In this document: positions 34,964-45,281 of the stretch, one piece after another
How the letters are laid out: each line of letters begins with the position of its first letter
How positions within the stretch are numbered: the first letter of the stretch is position 1
DNA from: Pelomyxa schiedti
Taxonomy: Eukaryota > Protista > Evosea
Direction of reading: 5' to 3'
Assembly: GCA_020536535.1 (NCBI GenBank)
Contig: JAHLWZ010000496.1
Coordinates: 1 to 64,000 of the forward strand
DNA length: 64,000 bases
The notes under the pieces: model-generated
Seen by the model: the letters and a program-made list of their open reading frames with translations, nothing else
The model's database searches: none
Told to the model about the DNA's origin: nothing
Program-made: the position numbers and the translations under genes

Positions 34964-35997
34964 TTATTTAATCCTCTTTAGGAGGAGCTCGTGGGGTGTG
35001 AAAATTGTGGCAGACTCAAGGAACGATTGTTCTGTTGATTGAAAGTTAGTTATGTTCTGGGTGCAATAGTAAAAATGAACCTTTTTCGTCAGAGACTTTG
35101 AGAAGCTCGCGTAAGTGGACTTCTTCACTAAGCTTTTCTTTGAGGGCTGGTATCTCAAAGAGGTCCTCTAGTTCCTGAACGGAAAGTGCGCTTACCTGAA
35201 GAAAAGAGTGGGTGGGACTAGTTTTGTCTTCTGAAGGTAANNNNNNNNNNNNNNNNNNNNNNNNNNNNNNNNNNNNNNNNNNNNNNNNNNNNNNNNNNNN
35301 NNNNNNNNNNNNNNNNNNNNNNNNNNNNNNNNNNNNNNNNATTTGCACGCAAATAAACACCAAAATGAAGATATGTGATCTGTGCTTGGTGGATGTGTTG
35401 AAGGCAGTTGCAACTAATGAGAGCATTATATAGTCAAATCAGAGGAGCATAGCAAGAGTGTGGTAAGCCACCCTTCTTACTTCAAACTGAACACTCCATT
35501 ATTTGTCAGGTGAGCCGGCTCTTCTGGCAAATGTATGTTGATTGCTACGGAATCATAACCACTGATCAATTGAAGGCCGGCCTTGTCCATTCTTTTGGAT
35601 ATACCCCTCAGTGATGAGCAACAAAAAGGGTATGTTAATATACCGCAACAACAATTCGACTCAACACACTCCAGCTTTCTGGGAAAGGAACAGTCTCGGC
35701 TCATTCCCCAAAATCTTTTCTTTTTAAATCACTGAAACGCAGAGGCTGGAAGGTTCTGGGTATTGGTTTGAAAGTTCCTGGAGCATGTCAACTGCCTGTT
35801 CCATTGTCGGCCTCTGAGTGTGGAATGAGTGAGAAGGGAAGGAAACTCTTGCCCATGCACCCTCGGAGAATACCGGTCTCTCAACTAAAATCTCTAGCAG
35901 AACAAGTCCAAATGCAAAACTAGAGGAAGTATGAGGAAGGATATAGATAGGGAGAGCATACTAAGAGCTTCCAAAGCTCCAGAGCCAAGTATTCATC
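34964..35997 (-). pseudogene. 3' remnant of a TKL-type kinase gene (C-lobe exons plus tail), spanning the gap
   Basis: EYLALELW, FAFGLVLLEILVERPVF and RPTMEQAVDMLQELS at 35.73-36.0 kb resemble kinase subdomains VIII, IX and XI. No N-lobe is visible upstream, where the transposon lies. Confidence 0.4.
35241..35340. other. Assembly gap (100 N)
   Basis: A run of exactly 100 N, typical of a scaffold gap of unknown size. Confidence 0.99.
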
Positions 35998-36082
35998 TAG
36001 TAAAGAATTAGTCGGGGTTTTTGGGAACACTTAGCGGGGCTGCCACATACATGTTCCAACTACATCACGGTCATCAAAGGAC

Positions 36083-39000
36083 AATTGGGGCTCAAACTAA
36101 CTCCACCCAAAAAACACACAAAAATTCGAAATCTCCTCACCAGGGTCTCAGAATCAGGGCAAACCAGGTGGAGATGGTAATACTCAGTTGGGGGTTGTGT
36201 TTCCCTCTGTTCCCAGTGCTGTTGTAGGCTGTGGTGTTGAGGAAAGCAAAAAACTGGTGGTAACCAGGTGGTGTCCGGACATTTGATCCAATTTTCCGGA
36301 CACCACAACAGATTGGATCATTCACCTAAATTGATCGAAACAAACGTGTCTGGTTGTGGGCAAATTGTGGTTAGTGGTGAGTGATCGATGACTGCAACAA
36401 ACAAGAGAGGTGACCAAAGTCATTCTCAACATTCTGTGTCACATTTTGACACACCAATGCCCCCTCCTCCAAGGGCTTTGTCTGTTACGGATCAACCTAT
36501 GGTTTACTCACAACTGTTGGGGCAACCTGCAGTCTCTACCACTGTGGCAACTGCTTCAACATCCTCTTCTTTGCCCTCAAACCTTGGAACTGTCTGCACC
36601 ACAACAAGAACCAAGTAAGGTCAAAGTACACAGTAAAACCTCTTTGGCCAAATATTAATTACTCATAGTAATTCATAATTAAATATCCACTAGATTGTAT
36701 CACAATCTTTGAGCATTCATTTCAGTTTGAAGAGTGTGCTCCTCAAGAAAGTCTTCTCAAACACAAACAAGAAATCATCAAATGCAAAAGTGTAACTGCC
36801 ATGGTTAACAAGGTAAGGTACTCTTAGTAAATGAATATGACTAAGTGATTCAGTCTCAGAAAACCACTGAGAGAGACTGTGAGACCAAGAGTCCTGAGAG
36901 TGTCAACAGTGATACAGATGAGAGTGTCAGCAGTGACACTGATGAGAGTGTTGGCAGTGATGTTGAGAGTGTCAGTGGTAGCAAAGACACTGAGAACAGT
37001 GCATCAGTACCTGATGGCTCACCAAAACACCAGTCAAGAAGAAAAGCATCTAAAAGAAAAGGAAGAAAGAGGAAAACAGATAGTACCAAAACAAGAAGCA
37101 GTTCTGTGCCCTCATCCAATTCTTTCTCTCATTTTACCCAGGTAGACAAGTCCGAATTCAAAAAGTCAGAAAAAAAAACAACAGAAAAAAAAACTGGTTG
37201 GGAAATACCATCTACCAGTGTTTGACTTTACTTTTAGATGAGAGCTTGTGCTTTGAGAGATCTCTCATTGCATGTGAGCATCAACAAAATGCCTGAGGTT
37301 CTTGCATTATGTGCTGTATGTACTTGCCTGAGGTTTTTATCTTAATGTTTTTTAGCTGATCTTAAAAGGCTCTTTTACAAAACAAGACTTCTTGAGTACA
37401 ACAACCATCACTAAACTGGTACGTGCCATCAGCAGTTTAGAACAGCAAGAATTGCAACAAGCAATACAAGAGGTAGTTATCTCAAAATCTAATTAGTTTT
37501 AACTTGTATGAAGGTGCCAGCTTTTCACTTATATTTTGATGAGTCTACAAGGGATGCTCAGCATCATGTTATGGTGTTGATTTCATACTGGAATCAACAT
37601 GAAGATGTTCCTGTATGCAAACTCCTTGCAGGCAAGTCATTTCCTCTTTAATTTCGATTTTAAAGCTAGTTAGACACAATTGTTCTTAATCAAACTGGTA
37701 GCAATGAAGCTGAGTCACTTCAAAAAGCCTTAAATCAATGTGAGATTCCTGCAAACAGGACATATTCTGTGATTGGTGATAATTGTTGTTCAAGGGGAAC
37801 TCAATGGTGCCATCCAGCTGTTCACAGAAACAACTCACACAGATGTAATTCCTGCTGGTTGCTGGCTTCATGTTCTCAATCTTGCCCTTGTCAATGCATT
37901 TGATAAGAGCTATGGAGATCAGATCAGAAGGCAACTTCATGTCAACCAAGACATTGCACCATCATTAGTGTTCTTCTTGTACTCTTGTTGGTTTTTATCT
38001 CACAAAGCAATGAACTCAAAAATCTGGAAGGTTGCTTTCACCAAGTTCTGCAAAGAAAACAACATTTCAGTATGACCTTGTTTTTTCCACTGGAATCACA
38101 CTCATTCCAATAAGATCCCTGACTTTTCTGCAATATGTCAGCCTGTGCTCACCAGGTGGAAAACTGTGATTGAAGCCAATGCCTGGGTTTTGGAACACCG
38201 CAAAGCCTTGGGTCCATTTCTTCGGTACATTTACTACAACTGGAAATCCACAGAAAGGGTAAAATGGTGTACTGCTGCATCTTTGGAAAAATGGCTTGCA
38301 GATCCTGATTCAACAGCTCATTTTACTGGATTTCTCCAACTCCATCTTTGATGTTGCCTTTCAGTGGGCTGAGGCTTCCACAGCCCCTGTGTTTTTACCA
38401 TCAGGGAAACACATTAACTTACCTGCTGGGTTTAAGGCTCATTTGATGGCCTCTGAAGTATGTCGACTCAAAAAACGAGTTGCAGCTACTCTTAAAGATG
38501 TGGATGCTTACTTTACAAGTGTAGCTGAAAACTTTCCAGGAGAGCCCAACCTCATCAACACAGCACGTGAGCTGGCAACAAAATTCCTCACTGAATTTCA
38601 AGCCAGTATTACAATTCATGGTGACCGATGGTTAGAGTTCCCTCAGATCTGCAGTTCATTGGGGCATCCTTCTGATGAGGTCTCACAGTCAATTGCAGAG
38701 GCTATTGTGACAGTGGCTGAGGGGCATACTCCCTCTGAGGATATGTTGAAGAATCCACTTTTGCTCAAGCTAGTGGCCACTTAACAACTGGAGTCCAACT
38801 TCAGTGTCTGTTTGGAAGCTTGAACTCAAGCTCTGGTACACACAGCAGAAAATAACTGAGGGAGGCTTCCTTGACAACTTTCGTTGGTACATGTGCTCGA
38901 GTCAACCACACAACACAGATTGTTGAGGGTATGTTTAATAGATATGACCACCATTCTGGAAGAAGCAGTTGTAATGCACATCATTTAACCATAGAAGATA

Positions 39001-39927
39001 AGCTTAAACACCAAGTGAATGTAGTGGAACCATTAAAAACAGCAGCAATGACAACCAACACTGATCTACACAAAACAAAAGCCTTCCATTCCAATTATGA
39101 ACCTCTTCTCCAACTGACTGAAGGTGTTTTACATGCTGCTTCTCATTGGACATACAATCAGCTGAAAGTGGCTGAAAAGAATCTGATCTTTCCTTCCTGT
39201 GTAGCAGAGGAGCAGAGCTTATTTTCTGGGTTGTTGGACAAAATGTACAGTCAAGCTTCACCAGGAAAGCGACTACCCCTTGTTGAATTCCAATTTCCCC
39301 CACCCAGTGATACTCTTCCTCTTGGTGTGTTGGTACCAGTAGCTCCTCCTCCTCTGAGAGATGATGATATACCCTTGCTACCTGTGACCGGAAGTGTTGA
39401 AGAACCCCATCCACAATGTACTCCAGTGAGAACTGCAGTGACTTCAGTGTTGACACCAAGAAAGAAAAGTACACATTGTTCTTTTTCTAACTAGTTTTAA
39501 TTCTATGTGAAGCTTATCTGGGGCATTCTCATTTCTCTCTTGATTCTTTAGTGGCATTACAAGCTGAACTACAAATCACTGATACAGAGCTTCAGCTTGC
39601 AGGAAAGACATCAGCAACTGCACGAAAGAAAGCCATAACTGACTGGGCTACACGAACTGGAAACATTGAAACTACAAAAAAGGCTGTGGCTCTTATCAAA
39701 AAAAGGCAAACCCAAGCTGTACCTCAGCCCCAACCACGTAAACGCAAACCTTCATCCTCACAGGCAGCACCAATTCCAAAGGAGTCTGCCACTGAACCTC
39801 TGCCAAAACGACCCTGACAGCAAAAGCCATGAGAAGGCAGTCCGATTTAACAGATTTCGCAGAACGGTACAATCTGTTGGGTGGTGTCAAAAACGCGGAA
39901 ATTGGATTTATTTGAGCCCCAAAATTA
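36083..39927 (+). mobile_element. Decayed hAT-like DNA transposon with an intron-containing DDE transposase
   Basis: FSLIFDEST (first Asp), VIGDN (second Asp), CWLHVLNLAL (CxxH), PVLTRW and NHTTQIVEGMFN (Glu). Frameshifts at ~37.78 and ~38.32 kb and stops at ~38.78-38.86 kb. Imperfect terminal inverted similarity (36083-36096 + 36286-36315 vs 39870-39927). Confidence 0.72.
36896..36980 (+). repeat. Coding tandem repeat (21-24 bp unit, ESVxSDTD-like) in the transposase N-terminus
   Basis: gagagtgtcaacagtgatacagat / gagagtgtcagcagtgacactgat / gagagtgttggcagtgatgtt / gagagtgtcagtggt. Confidence 0.8.
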
Positions 39928-40312
39928 TGTTCAAACAACTTTATTATGTTATATCAAATATTATAAAATAATATTATATTTATAAATATAGTTTTGTTAT
40001 TTGGGCAATCCCAATCGCCTCCGGCGCGAAGTTAACGCGAACCCTCACAAGCTCCTGAATGTAATTCCCAACTCTCCAAACCTCCCGTCAAGCCAAACAC
40101 ACATCCAAATAACTGTAGCAGCCACCGTACCATACACCGCCCTTCCATCCCCTCTGTCGTTCCCAGTATAAAAAGTTCGTAATAAATGCCCCGTACATCC
40201 TCTTGTGGGTTGTGTGCTGGGAGTAGCGGATGACGGAGGACGCGAATGCCAAAGTGACAGTGAAACCAGCTCACTAAAAACACACAATATACTCTTGTGG
40301 GTTGTGTGGTTC

Positions 40313-40379
40313 GGGGGTTAATCCTCCGAATCACAGGTGCATCGGGCATCGGTCTAGGGTTCAATTCCGGGGCCTCCCA
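40313..40379 (+). other. tRNA-like relic (B-box plus acceptor-like ends plus oligo-T)
   Basis: GGGGGTT...GGGTTCAATTCCGGGGCCTCCCA followed by a T-run. The T-loop is canonical but the T-stem, D-arm and anticodon arm are poor. Confidence 0.25.
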
Positions 40380-40446
40380 CATTTTTTTTTTCCCCCTGAG
40401 CAGAGGCTTGTCCTTATTGAAAGAGAAGGTGAAAGACGGGGGTTTA

Positions 40447-42675
40447 TCAGTCGTTGTGGATAGGTGCGGTGTGTATGGTGGTCTCTTGGGGGTTGGTCTC
40501 CTCAGTCACACAAAGTGGGAACACAGGGGTTGGTGTTGTCACTTTGTTGGTATTAGTTCTTGGAGTCTTAGTGCATGGCTTCCTCAGTGGATGAACCTCT
40601 GAGCTAGGGCCCCTTTTCCTTGGTGAAGATTGTCTATCTCCCCCAGAAGTATCTGTATTTTGCCGGAAAAGCTTCTCAAACCATAAGCTGTTCCTTGCCA
40701 TGCTGACAGAGATCCTGGCATTTGGGTCCAGAACTAGAGTCTCTGCCAGCAGTAATTTACCTTGTGGCATTGAGTGGGAAAAAAGAAAAAAATAAAGGGA
40801 AATTCACATTCTCGAGAAACAGAAAGTCCCTCTAATATTGGAGAGGCATATCTTGGGGGTGATCCTGTTATCCTATATAGATTTTTATTCTTCAAATAAT
40901 GGGAAATTGCTTTTAAACACATGAAGAAGAGAAGTGCTCCCACCCCCCACACATCACAGTTCACCCTGTTTTCCGAGGGCTCACTGTAGCTTATATCCAG
41001 CTCAGGTCTGAACTCAGGAGCCATGAAGCCTTTTGTGCCACAGGGAACTGCTTTATGAACCTTTGAAAATTGAATTGCATGACCAAAGCCAACCAAGTGC
41101 GCTTTTGGGCAATCGGGGAGGCAGTCAACAATGACGTTTGATGGCTGTGTGGGAAAAAAGGAATATTAGTTGTTCCAATTGGAAGTGTATATAAATTATG
41201 GCTTACGTGAACGTTACGGTGACATAAGCCATGGTGTTCCAAACACGTTAATGCCTCGAGCACATCCCACAGTATTCTGCCCATCTGAGTTTCAGTGAAA
41301 GCCACCTTTTCATTAACCACCAAACATTCCAGTTGTTTCCCAGGAACCCTTTTTTTTTTTTACATTGAGCTGAAGTATGACACATTGAATGTTACTTCTC
41401 CATTACTATGTAATAGGATGCTTCTGCTTCTGGATGGAAATCAGTAATGAACCGAGGTATTGTCTGGCAACCATTGAGCCTGCAGGGTGTGAGTTAAAGA
41501 ACTGTGAATTTTTCTTTTACTTGCGGAGTGTTTCTGACTCATTGAGATAATGTGGATAATCGTTTGCTCTGCGGGTGACATTCTCTTCTGAAGTGGAATT
41601 ATTTGCTGTCATGGTAGATTCAGCTCTCTTTTGCAATCTGGATCCTGCTTTTGCTTGCAAGGTGGAATCGGTGTGCTCTTCAATGTGACTTTGGATGTAA
41701 TGAGCATACTTCGGAAGTGAGATGACCTTGTTTGCGGTTAGCATTAGGGAATTCTCAACAGCTTTACTTTAGTGGCAAAAGAGTTGCCTTTGCTGTCTGT
41801 TGTTGGCCACACATCACTGATTTCTCCACTTGAGCAAGGAGTTAAAAGAAGAGTATTTCCTTGGTGCGCGAACATACCGTCCAATGGGTTGCTCATTCCA
41901 ACAGATTGTATATCGCACTGGCTCACACTCGTTGTCCTCAAAGACACCTTCTTTATTCTGGAAAGCTCTGAATACGAACCGGTATATCTGCCCTGTTCGT
42001 TGATTGTGAGAAATGAATGATAGGTGGAAAATATCACTCGAACCGTGTTCAGAATTAGAGGTTGTATTGGGCTTCACTTCAATAAGGTCCCTGTCAGTGA
42101 GGTAGACACTTTTACCCTTCACATATGATTTGTCTCCAATGGAAAGCATGGCATGACACCTACGAAAAAGTCGTGAGAGCTCGGAGGAAGTCGAAAGGAG
42201 GGATTACGTCAGCAGTGCGCACGCATCCGATTTGCGCTGGTAACAGAGCCCATTTTGGTCTTTCCTGTGAATCTCGAACAAAATGGCGCCGTTCTCGTCT
42301 GCGACGCGTTTGGATTCTGCGGAACAAACCGTTTGTTATATTCTACTTACTGTAAAAGCGAGAACCTGTGATGGGGATGAATTGCTTCACTCCATTTGAA
42401 ACGGTCTCAAGAGTAGCCCAGGGACGGTAAATGATGTAGGTGCGTCCAGGGGTAAGATCAAGACTTCCAACGGGGGTTGAAAAAAAAAATCAAAAAAAAA
42501 AACCATCTGTGGGGACCACCTTGGTGGCCTTGTCGACGTCTGGTATGCCCACTGCCGACGCAGTGAGAGCAACTAATCCAGGCGGTGCCTGTTCGTCGAG
42601 CGCACTGCTGGTCGTAGGAGGTGCTCGCGGCTTCGGCGTGGTCGGGCTTGGTCTCCTCGACAGGCGGGCTCCCAT
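40447..42675 (-). CDS. FHA-like domain plus protein pseudokinase (HRN instead of HRD, GFG instead of DFG)
   Basis: MGARLSRR start; FHA-like exons (..LSIGDKSYVKGKSVYLTDRDLIEVKP); SSGEISDVW..SFATK; YYIVME; EALTCLEHHGLCHRNVH|PSNVIV..HLVGFGHA; CGTKGFMAPE; DVWGVGALLF; LVLDPNARIS..LWF. Confidence 0.75.
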
Positions 42676-42804
42676 TCGTCGTACACACAAAAAGAAAGGG
42701 ACGGCGTGATTCCCCGATTTCCTTTTTCGGCTTTCGCGGCACCGATCTCAGGCCACTTTGCGGAGGTCAGGCAGTCACAAATTGGGAACAACACTACAAA
42801 CGAA

Positions 42805-44985
42805 ATGTTCGGCGTGGTCGCCCTCGCCGTCCTTGGGACTTTTCTCATCGTCATCATCCTCGTCGCACGCGCCGTTTCGCACACGCTACTCGCCGAGCGC
42901 GGCGCACCTTCGGCACCTCGCCCCCGGCGCCGCCGCCTGCACGAGACACCACAGCGCCAGCGACTCCGTTCTCGTTGTCATTTTCGTGTGGCTCGCCTGG
43001 GGTGTGGGGGCGAGTCGTGATGGTGGACGGCCAGGAGTACGCCTTCAAGAACAGGGCGAGGACTATTGTGACTGCGAGGGGCCGACGGTCTGTGACAATT
43101 GGCTCGGGACCGACCTGCGATTTTGTTCTGGCCTATCCTTCCGTGTCACCAATTCATGCAACTGTGACTTTTTGCGCTCCTGGCTCTGCTGTATTGATTT
43201 GTCACAGGTTGTTCCCATACTAATCCCAAACTCGAGTTTCTCCATCTGTGTGTGTGTGTATGACTATCACTATCATTCCCTTACCATGTATTAAACTGTA
43301 TTGCACTGTACTGTACTGTATATTGGGCCCCTACAGTGCGGTGTTACTATCATGCAACGGTCAGGTGGATTTAGGGTGGGTACCACCAGCAAACACAGAA
43401 TTGACATTGCATAACTGGCAGACGTGGGACATCACACTGTGGGGAAATCTTGGTACCTGCTGCAAATAGGGTCATGCATGCCATATAGTGCATGCACCAC
43501 CTCTCCTATTTTTCTCCTCACTGATTTGCCAAAGCTGTGACCTTCACTTTCTTGGATCAAGATACCGACCTCCTTTTCAATAGCAGTGGCGTTCATGTAT
43601 CGGTAAGCTGATAGAGAGTTAGTGTCTTATGTGAAGTATACTCATCTCCGAACAACCCAAGAACCCCATTTTGGAGGACTATAGTATCACTACAAAACCT
43701 ATAGGAGAGTATGTTTCATTTCCCTTTCCTTCCATCGTCACTTGTCGTTTAGGGGGGCCTATGGGACAGTTTTTGAGGGGTACACTCTCACTACAAGGGA
43801 GGATGTGGCCATAAAGAAGGTCTGCACGGCATTCAGGGAACCTGGTACTATGATTCCAAACTTGGAAAGGGAGCTCAGCATACTGCACATGCTCAACCAC
43901 AAACACGTTATCAGGGCTATTGCATACTCTTATTTCCCACGCGACCATCTATTTTTGGTGCTCCCACGGTTTGTTGTACCTCCCACATCACTTTCACTCA
44001 ATGCTACTTACTATGCAGAGGCCATGGTGATCTGCGCACTTTCATCGAGGTAAGGAAGAGTTTGGTTGTTGACAGGGCCACATAAATTTTTTTTTTGTAT
44101 TTTTGGAGGGCTGCTTTTACCTTCAAAATTCAGGAACATCATCCACTCTCTGAAGCAGATGCTTGCCACTTTTTTGTGCAGATTGCTTCTGGGTTGAATT
44201 GCTTGCACAGTAACCGCATTGTCCACATGTTTGTCTGCCTTAGATCATTGTTATTTTCTCACTTGTCCTCCTAATTCATTCACAAAGGGATTTGAAGGTT
44301 GTTGGATTACTCACCTTCCACTCCCCTCTTCTCTACAATAACACCATAGATTGAGAATATTCTTGTGATGGAAAACAACCTTCGGGCACAAGTCAAAATA
44401 ATAGTCTGTTCCTACTCTGTGTTGATTATAGCTGACCTTTAAAACCACAAAAAGGATTTTGGTCTTTCACAAATTATTGAACATGGTTGGTGTCTTTTTT
44501 CCTTCTCTCACCATACTTCTTTTACTGGGTTTATCACATGGGCACCTTTAAAATCTTGTTGTAGGAAGTACCTCAGTCCCCTGGGAATTTCAAGAGATTC
44601 CCGATTACTACGCCCCAGAAGTGCGCCACAATATGCGATACCACTTTGCATCTGACATCTGGTACCATAAATTCATTTCTTCTATTAACAGCAAACAGCT
44701 TTTTTTTTGACTTGTTTTTTAAAAAGGTCTCTTGGCCTTCTGCTATCACAAATGTAAGGAAACATCACCAACCAAAAAAAAAAAAAACCCACTAACAAGT
44801 TGACCCAAACACCTAGGAAACAAGACTGGAAGCTCCCAACTGGTATGTGGATCATTTATGTTTTTTACTTACTTTCTACTTCAGTCGTTGAGCTCATTCA
44901 GCAACTCATGGACAATGACCCAAAACAGCGACCAACTACTGCAGAGATACTGGTGAAACCATGGTGCCAAACGGCCAACATCTGA
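42805..44985 (+). CDS. FHA-domain Ser/Thr kinase (Chk2/Dun1/Dictyostelium fhk-like)
   Basis: VTIGSGPTCDFVLAYPSVSPIHATV (FHA); IGE|GAYGTV, VAIKK, LERELSIL, LHSNRIVH(M)DLK|IENIL, I|DFGLS, YYAPE, DIW|SLG and LMDNDPKQRPTTAEILVKPW. The start is unresolved because the ATG at 42805 is out of frame with the FHA exon. Confidence 0.8.
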
Positions 44986-45281
44986 TTGAGCTGATAAAAA
45001 AAAAAAAAATTTTCCACTCCATGTTTTTCTTCACATGTTGCATGGGGTAGTTGTGAACAAAACTTAGAGCTCTCTTTGCAGCATAGAGTTGTTGTGCCTA
45101 GCCCTCCTCCTTTCTGCCTCTGCTTGTGCTGTTTGTCTCTCCTCGGGCTTTTTGGTTTTGGAGACAGCATCAGTGAAGTTGGTGGATATTTACATATTAT
45201 GTAAAATAGACCCATCTTACACTTGGCTCCCATCGGCTCTTGCATTCAGCAACCATTGCCGGGCAGGCAGTACCATCCTCA

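Noticed and set aside
35046-35433. ORFs running through the N stretch
   Set aside because: Artefacts of translating the assembly gap.
36896-36980. CRISPR-like array
   Set aside because: Contiguous degenerate coding repeat without spacers, in a eukaryotic context.
29102-39494. Alternative genetic code or stop readthrough as the explanation for broken genes
   Set aside because: The disruptions are mostly frameshifts and deletions, and conserved genes use TAA, TAG and TGA as normal terminal stops.
21039-44930. Other exact WCCCAWAA matches (~21039, ~23134, ~24945, ~36105, ~44920)
   Set aside because: They lie inside coding exons or have no structured sequence at the expected distance; the number is consistent with chance for this 8-mer.
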